Shown: in pieces, positions 1 to 8,107 of the stretch
How positions within the stretch are numbered: the stretch's first letter is position 1
Layout: every line of letters starts with the position of its first letter
NCBI GenBank assembly: GCA_039920285.1
Contig: JBDSDX010000001.1
Span: 300,001-332,000, forward strand
From: Candidatus Saccharimonadota bacterium
GTDB taxonomy: Bacteria; Patescibacteriota; Saccharimonadia; Saccharimonadales; Saccharimonadaceae
Reading direction: 5' to 3'
Length of the DNA stretch: 32,000 nucleotides
Translations under genes and position numbers: made by a program
Notes under the pieces: generated by a model
What the model was told of the DNA's origin: nothing
What the model saw: only the letters and a program-made list of their open reading frames with translations
Databases searched by the model: none

Positions 1-8
1 TTGCGTCG

Positions 9-212
9 ATGATTATGGGCAATAATGCTCGTCAAGGATTACTCGGCAATATTGTTGTAGGAATCGTTGGTGGACTGATTGGTGGCTTCGTTTTCGGATT
101 GCTCGGTGGGTCCGGAGTGACAGGCTTCAACCTATGGAGTTTCTTAGTCGCGCTTGTCGGTGCGGTGATACTTCTGTTTCTGTGGCGACTTATTTCAGGT
201 CGTAAGGCCTAA
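9..212 (+). CDS. GlsB/YeaQ/YmgE-family small membrane protein (transglycosylase-associated protein family)
   Basis: 67-aa ORF with a Gly-rich two-helix pattern (LLGNIVVGIVGGLIGGFVFGLLGG...LVALVGAVILLFLW) typical of this family. A strong terminator follows. Confidence 0.7.
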   Translation: MIMGNNARQGLLGNIVVGIVGGLIGGFVFGLLGGSGVTGFNLWSFLVALVGAVILLFLWRLISGRKA

Positions 213-213
213 T

Positions 214-245
214 AAAAAGCCCGCTCGTAGAGAGCGGGCTTTTTT
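214..245. terminator. Bidirectional rho-independent terminator
   Basis: Stem gcccgctc (219-226) pairs with gagcgggc (232-239) around a 5-nt loop. An A-run lies upstream and T6 downstream (240-245). It sits between convergent genes. Confidence 0.8.
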
Positions 246-263
246 GTTTTAGTCTTTTATCGA

Positions 264-1073
264 TTAGATAAGGACGACAGTGTTGTCTTTAACTTCAACG
301 ATGGTGTTTGTTGAGTTGTTTGAGTTGTCGACAGATGTGTTTGTTGTCGGGTTGCTACTATTGTCGTTGCCATTGTTCTGGCTTGTGTTGGTAGTCGTGT
401 CATTGTTGTTGTTTTGGTTGTTCGTGTTGCCATTGTTCTGGCTTGTGTTGGTAGTCGTTTGGCTACTGTTTGAAGCATCTGTGTTAGTGGTCGTTTTAGT
501 GACAATAGACGTGTTGGTAGTCGTGTCATTGTTGTTGTTTTGGTTGTTCGTGTTGCCATTGTTCTGGCTTGTGTTTGTAGTTGTAGACGTGTTGGTAGTT
601 GGTGCGAAAACTGGAGCAAATGTGTTGCCGTTGTTTTTGCTGATAGTCTTTGTTGTTGTGTTAGTGGTGTTGTAGATGGTAGTGGTAGAAGTTGAGTTGG
701 TGTTAGTGGTGTTGAATGATCCGCTAACGTTACCAACTGCTGGGAACGCACCGAGGTGTACACCAGCAGGTGCAGAAGTACTTGCTGTTGAGGTTGCTGC
801 AGGTGTTGTTGCTGATGCTGTCGGGTCAACACAAACACTGACGCCAGATTGGCTGTTGTTGTTTGCGGTTGTTAATGCGTTTGCTGAGCTACCACTCATC
901 AAAGACATGATAATGACTGTTGATAGGACGACTGCTGCTACGATTGAACCGAACATGACGGCTGCAAACATGTAGAGCTGATTATTCTGTGTTGTTGATG
1001 ATGCTTGTAAGCTCATTTCCTTATACTCCCTTTCACTCGCAGTGAAAATATTAGTTAAGAGAACCTCCACCAT
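264..1073 (-). CDS. Thr/Asn/Gln-rich low-complexity repeat protein with an N-terminal TM or signal anchor (likely surface-exposed)
   Basis: Longest ORF in the region. It has a hydrophobic anchor (LYMFAAVMFGSIVAAVVLSTVIIMSLM) followed by about 200 aa of T/N/S/Q, including two copies of TTTNTSQNNGNTNNQNNNNDTTTNTS. An alternative start at ATG 1016 (MSLQ...) is preceded by GGGAG. The start at 1073 has TATTTT-N6-ATG. Confidence 0.6.
   Translation of the reverse strand: MVEVLLTNIFTASEREYKEMSLQASSTTQNNQLYMFAAVMFGSIVAAVVLSTVIIMSLMSGSSANALTTANNNSQSGVSVCVDPTASATTPAATSTASTSAPAGVHLGAFPAVGNVSGSFNTTNTNSTSTTTIYNTTNTTTKTISKNNGNTFAPVFAPTTNTSTTTNTSQNNGNTNNQNNNNDTTTNTSIVTKTTTNTDASNSSQTTTNTSQNNGNTNNQNNNNDTTTNTSQNNGNDNSSNPTTNTSVDNSNNSTNTIVEVKDNTVVLI
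366..590. repeat. Intragenic direct repeats
   Basis: A 65-nt stretch is identical at 385-449 and 511-575. The 33-nt core gttgccattgttctggcttgtgttggtagtcgt occurs at 366-398 and 426-458, with a 24-nt partial copy at 552-575. Confidence 0.85.
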
Positions 1074-1107
1074 TCCTTAAAAATAACTGTACACGTACAG
1101 AAATAGT

Positions 1108-1136
1108 TTGACAATAAGCATTTTTATGTTATTAAA
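1108..1136 (+). promoter_or_regulatory. Candidate sigma70-type promoter in the divergent intergenic region
   Basis: TTGACA (1108-1113), a 16-17 nt spacer, then TGtTATTAA (1127-1135). A short inverted repeat ctgtac/gtacag lies at 1087-1100 just upstream. Confidence 0.35.
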
Positions 1137-1234
1137 CATAACCATAATGAGTTATCCACAGTTATGTTGTATCTTCTTACTTTTGTGCAAGCAGTGACGA
1201 CTCGAGTTTGACCAGAAATTACTATAAGTGTTTA

Positions 1235-2782
1235 ATGAAAGAGCTAATGTTAAAAATAAATACACGACACCCTCTCAATAACGCCCAAGGATTTACTATT
1301 GTCGAACTTCTTATCGTAATTGTCGTTATTGGTATTTTGGCTTCGATCACTATTGTTGCTTTTAGTGGTGTTCAGCAAAAAGCCGGCATTGCTTTGCTAA
1401 AATCTGATCTTTCGAGTGCGTCTCGGCAACTCGAAGTAGCAAAAGTTAATAATAATGACGTCTATCCGAGTACGACCACGGCTATCAAAAAAGCCGACAG
1501 TACTACCTACCAATACACTTATAATAGTGGAACAAATTATTATTGTTTAACGGCAACTTCTCCGAACGTTCAAAACGATTCGTATTATATTGATAGCAAT
1601 ACACTAATTGTGCAACAAGGACTATGTACTGGACATGTACTCCCTGGAGCTCCGGTGACTGGATGGAAGTATGTGTCTGCTGGAAGTAACGCTGCAACTT
1701 GTGGAATCGCCTCGAACGATAAAGTCTATTGTTGGGGATTCAATTATAATGGGCGTTTTGGTAACGGAACATCGACAAATAGTCTGTTACCGACGCCTAC
1801 TGATAGCTCTGGTGTTCTAGCCGGAAAGGTGATTACTGGACTTGAACTTGGACCAAGCTCTACCTGTGCGTACACATCAAATCAAGTATTCTGCTGGGGT
1901 GGAGGATCATTGGGAAATGGTGTTGCGGGTTCAAGCCTGGTTCCAGTAGCGACGACTATGTCAGGCGTGTTATCAGGGAAGACGATCCAATCTGTAGCAC
2001 TTTCACAAAACTTTGCCTGTTCGATAGCCTCAGATTCTAAGGAATATTGTTGGGGAGGGAGTAACTACAAAAACTTTATGACGAGTACAGGCTCACCGTC
2101 ATCAAGCACAGTCCCTGTTGCCTGGGATATTAGTAGCGTCTTTGGAGCCAACCCGATACAAGCAGTCAACGCATACGCCAACACCAAGTGTGTCGTGGTT
2201 GCTGGCTTGGCGTATTGTTGGGGGTATGCATCCTACGGTGAACTTGGAAATGGGACGACAAGTATGTCGACTTCGGTCCCGCAAGCAGTCGTAACGACAG
2301 GTGTCCTGAGTGGTAAAACTGTCACGAAAATATCGACAGGTGGAAGTAATACCTGCGCTATTGCATCTGGGGCAGCGTATTGCTGGGGATATGGACGCAA
2401 CGATGATTTGGGTGACGGCCTTGATACTGATAGTAACGTACCGGTCGCCGTCAGCACTGCGGGTGTTTTGAGTGGTAAAACCCTGACAGATATTAGTACA
2501 GGATCTAACTCAACATGTGCACTTGCAACTGACAAAAAAGTATATTGTTGGGGTAACCAGGCATATGGGCGTCTTGGTAATAGCTATGGCGCTACCTCTG
2601 GTCTTCCTGTCGCGGTGACAATGCCTGGGTTGTTGGCGACACAGCTATCAAGCGGTGATACACATAGTTGTATGCTTACGACGACAAACCAAATATATTG
2701 TTGGGGTTTGAATAGTAGCGGTCAACTAGGGGACGGGTCTAGCGCAGATAGAAGTGCTCCAGTGCTTGTCAGTCTTCCGTAA
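1235..2782 (+). CDS. Type IV pilin-like protein: prepilin N-terminal cleavage/methylation domain fused to a 7-repeat RCC1-type beta-propeller
   Basis: Class III signal ...NNAQG|FTIVELLIVIVVIGILASI, with Gly at 1289-1291 and Glu at +5. Seven repeats carry the (Y/F)CWG...G(x)LG(N/D)G signature of RCC1 blades. The ORF track starts at TTG 1208, but ATG 1235 or 1247 gives a normal short pilin leader. Confidence 0.8.
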   Translation: MKELMLKINTRHPLNNAQGFTIVELLIVIVVIGILASITIVAFSGVQQKAGIALLKSDLSSASRQLEVAKVNNNDVYPSTTTAIKKADSTTYQYTYNSGTNYYCLTATSPNVQNDSYYIDSNTLIVQQGLCTGHVLPGAPVTGWKYVSAGSNAATCGIASNDKVYCWGFNYNGRFGNGTSTNSLLPTPTDSSGVLAGKVITGLELGPSSTCAYTSNQVFCWGGGSLGNGVAGSSLVPVATTMSGVLSGKTIQSVALSQNFACSIASDSKEYCWGGSNYKNFMTSTGSPSSSTVPVAWDISSVFGANPIQAVNAYANTKCVVVAGLAYCWGYASYGELGNGTTSMSTSVPQAVVTTGVLSGKTVTKISTGGSNTCAIASGAAYCWGYGRNDDLGDGLDTDSNVPVAVSTAGVLSGKTLTDISTGSNSTCALATDKKVYCWGNQAYGRLGNSYGATSGLPVAVTMPGLLATQLSSGDTHSCMLTTTNQIYCWGLNSSGQLGDGSSADRSAPVLVSLP

Positions 2783-2831
2783 TAGCTAGCACTCTAGACT
2801 TTTGAGTGCCAATTTTATATACTGGTAACAG

Positions 2832-3935
2832 ATGAGTAAACGTGACTATTATGAAGTTCTTGGTATCGGCAAGTCAGCAAGTGCCGATGAAATTAAGAAG
2901 GCTTTTCGCCAGGCAGCCGTCAAACATCACCCCGATAAAGAGGGTGGTGATGAGGCAAAGTTTAAAGAAATTAATGAAGCATACGACGTTTTAAAGGACT
3001 CTCAAAAGCGTCAACGGTATGATCAATTTGGTCACGCGGGTGTTGGCGGTGCGAGTAGTGGTGGTTATGGCGGCGGCGGTGGCGGTGGCGGAAATCCTTT
3101 CCAAGGACAAAACGTTAACTTCGATTTCGGCGAGGGACTGGGTGATATCTTCAGTCAATTCTTTGGTGGTGGAAATCAACAACGTGGTCGGGCAGCTCAG
3201 CGTGGTCGAGATATTGAAGTAAATATGCAGTTAAGCTTCGAAGAAGCAGTATTTGGAGTTGAACAAACCATCGAACTTGAGATGGATGATGAATGTTCAC
3301 ACTGTCATGGAACGACGGTTGAACCAGGTCACGATATGAAGACATGTCCGACCTGTCACGGTTCTGGTCAACAAAACCGAGTTATGAACACAATGTTCGG
3401 CCCGATTCAACAAACAGTGACCTGTGAGACATGTCATGGTCGTGGTAAAGTTCCTGAAAAAATCTGTACAGTCTGTCATGGAAAAGGAACTGAGCGACGT
3501 AAGCAGTCGGTGAAGCTGAAGGTACCTGCAGGTATCGATGATGGCGCAACAATTCGTTTAAGTGGTCGTGGTGAAGCGATTGGTGGTGGTGAACGCGGAG
3601 ACCTCTATGTGAATATCCGTGTGAAAGCTCACAAACGTTTCACGCGCGAAGGTGATATTATCTTGTCCGAAGATCACATTCCAATGGTAGATGCAGCACT
3701 CGGGACTGAGATCGATGTCGAAACGGTTGATGGTACGGTTCGAATGAAAATTCCTGCTGGTACTCAATCTGGTACCGACTTCAAGCTATCTGGCCATGGC
3801 GTGACTCATATGAATAGCGAAAAACGTGGTCCACATATCGTCAATATTATTGTTGACATACCAACGAAACTCTCGAAACAACAAAAAGAAACTCTCGAAA
3901 CGTTCCAAAGTGGCAAAAAGCGCGGCGTCTTTTAA
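2832..3935 (+). CDS. dnaJ: Molecular chaperone DnaJ (type I Hsp40)
   Basis: J domain with HPD (KHHPDKEGG), a G/F-rich linker, four CxxCxGxG zinc-finger motifs and a C-terminal substrate-binding domain. Confidence 0.95.
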   Translation: MSKRDYYEVLGIGKSASADEIKKAFRQAAVKHHPDKEGGDEAKFKEINEAYDVLKDSQKRQRYDQFGHAGVGGASSGGYGGGGGGGGNPFQGQNVNFDFGEGLGDIFSQFFGGGNQQRGRAAQRGRDIEVNMQLSFEEAVFGVEQTIELEMDDECSHCHGTTVEPGHDMKTCPTCHGSGQQNRVMNTMFGPIQQTVTCETCHGRGKVPEKICTVCHGKGTERRKQSVKLKVPAGIDDGATIRLSGRGEAIGGGERGDLYVNIRVKAHKRFTREGDIILSEDHIPMVDAALGTEIDVETVDGTVRMKIPAGTQSGTDFKLSGHGVTHMNSEKRGPHIVNIIVDIPTKLSKQQKETLETFQSGKKRGVF

Positions 3936-3968
3936 CAGATACCAACCTCTTTATGCTTTAATAGGAGT

Positions 3969-5732
3969 ATGACTGAAGACGAACGAATCGCCATTCTTCC
4001 TAATATATATATGGAACGTGCAGGCAAGGGTAGCCGTGAAATGGCTGAGAAATTACTTGCTCCCCCTGAGGAACCTCTTGATGAAGTCGAAATTGCCGAA
4101 GTGAAAGCTTTCGAAAGAGAAATATGTGATTTTCCTGTCGATAGTGAACTGACTCTGCAAACAATGCTCCTGACACATAAAGGCGAAGCGCTTGAGGCTC
4201 CGGTTTTCTTTGCTGATGCTTTCTTGAAAGGCCAGGTCCATGTGGAGGGGCTTGAAGGTGTGTTGCGACAATTCCGGACAAAAGAGGACGTCTATACTTG
4301 GATTGCCCAGAGTGCTCTCAACGGCGATGACGGTGTTGATCCAAAGATTCTACGTGATCTCGCAAAACAGAGTTCGACGTATTACATAAATGAATCAACA
4401 CAGGCACTACTTCGGGGTGATGAACTTTCGCCGGTAATTAGTGATCATATGTCGATCGTGGCTGATCCACAGAAAGCATTACGCTACTCTCGTGCAGAAC
4501 TTGCCGCACGTGAGTATTTAATCGAATTGAGAGAGCACCATAAGTCGAGTGCAGGAAGTGTTGAAGGAGCGAAACGTGCTTTTGTTGATATTTATCTTAA
4601 ACGAGTAAACGGGTTAGTAGCTTCTGATATACCAGTTATGGAGTATTTGATGTCACAGTCCGAAATGATTGGTGATGAAGAAACTCTTGATGGAGCAAAA
4701 GCCGTAGTCCCTCACGGATTGTTTGAGGCAACTGGTACGCCCGAAAAACGCGATCGACTCAACAAACGACTTGATTATATTCGTAATGGTATGGGGCTTG
4801 ATGCTGAGGGTCATGCCAGCGCTGTTGACGAAGAAGTACTTGTCGAACCAACACAAGAAGGTGCTGGGAGTGTTGAACCCTCTGTTTATACTCTTGAAGA
4901 GCGCGAAATACTAATGAATACTGAATTACCTGCCGAAGTAGTACGAGAGCTTCTTGGTGAAATCTTGAATGAAGTTAATTTATTGAGCAGTGAATCAGCG
5001 AGTTCCTGGTATCCTGGTCGTGGTCACCGTGCGCAAGATGAACTCTTCCAAATTGTGACAAATCCGACAAAAGATAGCTTTGCAGTGAACGGTATTGACG
5101 GAGTTCTCATGATCCCGGGTGCTCCGTCATCAATTTACAAGATACTCACTGTCGCCGTGCATGAACTTGAACATATCAATCAAAACCAAGCTGACAAAAA
5201 ACTTGGTGAGTCACTGAAGATTGGGGTCATCAAGGGTCGACGCATTAGTATGCTACGGGAGACAGGTGCCAATATATCTCAGCGTAAAGCAGAACTCCAA
5301 TTATTTGGTGTCAGTAAACCAGTCGCTTTGACGTATGCACGTGCCATTCAAGCATTTGAACACGGCGAAAGTATGTTCGATGCGACGAGAGCATTCTATG
5401 ATGAAAAAAGGCGAACCTTCCCTGATGTCGGTGATGTGAGTGCGGCGAAAGAAGCCTCTGATCGGGTACTGCGACTTATTCTTAGTGGCGGCGTAAACTC
5501 TCAACCAATGTCGTATGCAGAGGAAAATATTATGAACGAAGAGTTAGCTTCGGCGTCGCCAGAGGCTCGTCGGCGTGCAACCATGATTACGAGTCTTGAT
5601 CTTGACGACCAAGAGCGGTTACACCGTTTTGGACTACTTCCGGAAGTCGGAGATGATTCAGTTGATTGGTTACGTATCGTTATAGAGAAGGTAGCGCCGT
5701 ATATTGACCAGGCGCTTAACGCTGCTGAGTAG
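3969..5732 (+). CDS. Uncharacterised 587-aa protein with an HExxH motif; possible DUF1704/MATCAP-like gluzincin peptidase
   Basis: HELEH lies at 5160-5174 (H398-H402). A candidate third ligand, Glu431, lies in LRETGANI 29 residues downstream. The context FAVNGIDGVLMIPG...VAVHELEH resembles the DUF1704 core. TGcTTTAAT-N6-ATG sits at the start. Confidence 0.4.
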   Translation: MTEDERIAILPNIYMERAGKGSREMAEKLLAPPEEPLDEVEIAEVKAFEREICDFPVDSELTLQTMLLTHKGEALEAPVFFADAFLKGQVHVEGLEGVLRQFRTKEDVYTWIAQSALNGDDGVDPKILRDLAKQSSTYYINESTQALLRGDELSPVISDHMSIVADPQKALRYSRAELAAREYLIELREHHKSSAGSVEGAKRAFVDIYLKRVNGLVASDIPVMEYLMSQSEMIGDEETLDGAKAVVPHGLFEATGTPEKRDRLNKRLDYIRNGMGLDAEGHASAVDEEVLVEPTQEGAGSVEPSVYTLEEREILMNTELPAEVVRELLGEILNEVNLLSSESASSWYPGRGHRAQDELFQIVTNPTKDSFAVNGIDGVLMIPGAPSSIYKILTVAVHELEHINQNQADKKLGESLKIGVIKGRRISMLRETGANISQRKAELQLFGVSKPVALTYARAIQAFEHGESMFDATRAFYDEKRRTFPDVGDVSAAKEASDRVLRLILSGGVNSQPMSYAEENIMNEELASASPEARRRATMITSLDLDDQERLHRFGLLPEVGDDSVDWLRIVIEKVAPYIDQALNAAE

Positions 5733-6729
5733 CAGAGATATATAGTGCATCATAGGCTGCAACCATCTTGGTCAGATCGAATTGTTCGGCGTGGGTATGA
5801 CAGGTTGTTCGGTCGATTGAGCCAATATTCTCAATTGCTTTGACGTAGTCTTCATCAGTCTCACAGACGAAACCAGTTTTTCCATCAATGACGAGTTCAT
5901 TCGAAGGTCCAACATTACTAATAATGACCGGTGTGCCGGCTGCTTGGGCTTCAATTGTCACTTGTCCAAAGGCCTCTTCGACTTGGCTCGGGAAGATAAA
6001 TGCTTTGGCGTGAGCGAACGCATCGGCAACGACCGATTGTGGTTGGGAACCGAGATAGCGAATGTGCTCACCGTCGACGTCTCCGGCAAGAGTTTGCCAA
6101 TAGGCTTCTTCTTTTTTGTTAATTTTACCAATGATATCAAGCGGTGTGTTGGTTTCTTTTGCATAGCGAATCGCTTGAGAGATACCTTTTGAGGGATGAA
6201 TCCGACCAACAAACAAGAGACGGTTAGTGTGGTCTGTTGTTGGTGTAAATAAGGATAAGTCGATGCCATGATAGATGCGATCTGTTGTGGGAATACCAAG
6301 ACGCTCATCTTCTGCTTTCATCATATTGGTGACAGGAACGGTGATAACGTTTTTCTTTGTGTTGAGTGGTACCACATCAGCGATAGCTTGGAACGGGAAC
6401 CAGTGCTGCGTGACAATGACTGGCTTGTCGGTCAGGTCTGCCACGAGGTAATGGAGATAATCAAAGTGACTGTGATATACATCGTGTGCATGGTTTTCGA
6501 AAGCACTGGTCATCAGTGCTATATTGTTCGTTCGTTTGTCCTCGGTTGTCGCAGTGAGACTTTTCCAGACGACGGATGAGTCATCGATTGAACCGACACC
6601 CGCATATATTGTGACGGTATGTCCGGCAGCAGCTTGAATCCGCGCGAGTCGCAGGGCCCACTCATAGCGCCCATTATGTTTTTTCAATGGGAAAATGGCA
6701 GAAGTAGGAAGAAGGTGAGCTATATTCAC
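5716..6729 (-). CDS. Glycosyltransferase family 4 (GT-B fold)
   Basis: C-terminal EX7E-type motif (PSQVEEAFGQVTIEAQAAGTPVI) and a typical GT4 N-terminus. The GTG start overlaps the upstream stop (TAGTG at 6729). The 3' end overlaps the convergent gene by 17 nt. Confidence 0.85.
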   Translation of the reverse strand: MNIAHLLPTSAIFPLKKHNGRYEWALRLARIQAAAGHTVTIYAGVGSIDDSSVVWKSLTATTEDKRTNNIALMTSAFENHAHDVYHSHFDYLHYLVADLTDKPVIVTQHWFPFQAIADVVPLNTKKNVITVPVTNMMKAEDERLGIPTTDRIYHGIDLSLFTPTTDHTNRLLFVGRIHPSKGISQAIRYAKETNTPLDIIGKINKKEEAYWQTLAGDVDGEHIRYLGSQPQSVVADAFAHAKAFIFPSQVEEAFGQVTIEAQAAGTPVIISNVGPSNELVIDGKTGFVCETDEDYVKAIENIGSIDRTTCHTHAEQFDLTKMVAAYDALYISATQQR

Positions 6730-7958
6730 TAGGTAACCTGAACTTTCAAGCGGTCGACGCTCTCGCAGAGTTGGTCAAACTTCTCTTTATCGTCTTCAAC
6801 GACGATGATGATCGCTGTCGCTTTGTGGCCATTCTTAGCTGGACCGACTATTTTGCCTGGTTTAGCAGTCACACGGTAATACGCGAAAGCTTCGGTATCT
6901 TCTTCACCAGATATTTCGCTAAATGTACCCTCTGTCGCTGGGAATAATTCGTATACGGCGCAGTAATTTTGGAATGTTCCTTCTAGTTCTGGAGTCTGGC
7001 CAAGTGCCAGACGAATTTCTTGCTCGGTTAGGTCAAGCCCGTAACTATAGTTATACATACGAGGACGATAGCCACCGATACGGGCGCCGATTTCAATAAT
7101 TTTAACTCCACTTTCGCCGTACATGAGTTCAACATGAGCTGGAACGGAACGCATCTCTAGGGCGCGAATACCTTTTTCGGCAACGTCGAACATTTCTTTT
7201 GATAACGTTTCATCGAATTCGACAGGAAGGGCGCGTCGGTAAAGGTAATTATCTGAGACATTGATATCTTGAGCATTGGTCAGTGCAACAATACCGTCAC
7301 AAAAATGAGGAGTGCCTTCAGCATCAACAAAAGCAGCAATTGAACACTGCTTCCCAATAATAAATTCTTCGACAATTAACTGAGGTGCACGATCATAGAT
7401 ATGATACTTTTCGTAGAGTGCCTGAATTGTATCTTGTGCGTAGGTAAAGTTTTCGATAAGTTCAGACTGATCATTACAACGAAGCACGAGTAGACTCTTG
7501 ACGAGGTTAGTTGGCTTCAAGACAAGAGGATAGGCATGCTCATGGGCAAAAGCGAGGACTTTATCAAGACTATCGGCAGTCGTGAAGTCAGGTGAAATGG
7601 AACGATCGGCGTCAAGGAAGGCACGACGCATGAGTGACTTATCGGTCGCCAGCTTTGCAGATTGTAAGGATGGTGCGGGGACGTTAAAGTGTTCCCCAAG
7701 CTTTGCTTTGGCAACGATGTAGTTTTCATAGGTGCAGAGTAGTCCTGCAATCGACAAATCGAGTGTGTCTAAACGTTGTATTTCAGCATCTAGATCACCA
7801 TATTCAACAGAGACAACTCGATCATATTCTTCAGGATTCTTTAGGGTTAATTGACTGTCGATTAATATACCCGCTTTATATCCTAAGCGACGGATGATTT
7901 CAAGCACATTGGACGAAGGATCGGGTTGGCCAACGATGTAAATAAAAGAGGGCTTCAT
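6729..7958 (-). CDS. ATP-grasp carboxylate-amine ligase (L-amino-acid-ligase / D-aspartate-ligase-like)
   Basis: 409 aa with a pre-ATP-grasp N-domain, PLVLKPTN...S, EEFIIGKQCSI and HVELMYGESGVKIIEIGARIGG motifs. It is translationally coupled to the GT4 gene. Confidence 0.8.
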   Translation of the reverse strand: MKPSFIYIVGQPDPSSNVLEIIRRLGYKAGILIDSQLTLKNPEEYDRVVSVEYGDLDAEIQRLDTLDLSIAGLLCTYENYIVAKAKLGEHFNVPAPSLQSAKLATDKSLMRRAFLDADRSISPDFTTADSLDKVLAFAHEHAYPLVLKPTNLVKSLLVLRCNDQSELIENFTYAQDTIQALYEKYHIYDRAPQLIVEEFIIGKQCSIAAFVDAEGTPHFCDGIVALTNAQDINVSDNYLYRRALPVEFDETLSKEMFDVAEKGIRALEMRSVPAHVELMYGESGVKIIEIGARIGGYRPRMYNYSYGLDLTEQEIRLALGQTPELEGTFQNYCAVYELFPATEGTFSEISGEEDTEAFAYYRVTAKPGKIVGPAKNGHKATAIIIVVEDDKEKFDQLCESVDRLKVQVT

Positions 7959-7966
7959 TACCTTGT

Positions 7967-7995
7967 AGTATCGGTGTTAACAGAGAAAAAGTCAA
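7967..7995 (-). promoter_or_regulatory. Candidate promoter for the ATP-grasp/GT4 operon
   Basis: On the minus strand: TTGACT (7995-7990), 17-nt spacer, GATACT (7972-7967), then 8 nt to the ATG at 7958. Confidence 0.45.
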
Positions 7996-8005
7996 CTCGG
8001 AAGTA

Positions 8006-8034
8006 TTGCATTTTAATGCAAATAATGATATAAT
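8006..8034 (+). promoter_or_regulatory. Promoter of the protease/rimK operon with an overlapping 16-bp palindrome
   Basis: TTGCAT (8006-8011), 17-nt spacer, TGaTATAAT (8026-8034). The palindrome ttgcatt-tt-aatgcaa (8006-8021) covers the -35 box and spacer. SD GGAG at 8096-8099 precedes ATG 8108. Confidence 0.55.
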
Positions 8035-8107
8035 ACACCAGAATTTGACACTTATGTCCTGAGCACTATCGAAAGCGGGTCGGACATGGGATAATGGAGA
8101 AAGTACG

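Noticed and set aside
257-975. ORFs 257-838(-), 280-675(+) and 676-975(+) overlapping the T/N-rich gene
   Set aside because: They are by-products of low-complexity repetitive DNA, which stays open in several frames. Only the 264-1073(-) frame has a start context and a TM anchor.
1208-1234. TTG start at 1208 for the pilin-RCC1 gene
   Set aside because: It would give an unusually long 28-residue leader before the G|F cleavage site. ATG 1235 or 1247 gives a standard short basic prepilin leader.
6729-8107. Graspetide (omega-ester peptide) RiPP cluster around the 409-aa ATP-grasp
   Set aside because: There is no plausible small precursor ORF with repeated T/S...D/E/K core motifs adjacent to the ligase. 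The upstream gap is only 149 nt and is occupied by promoters.
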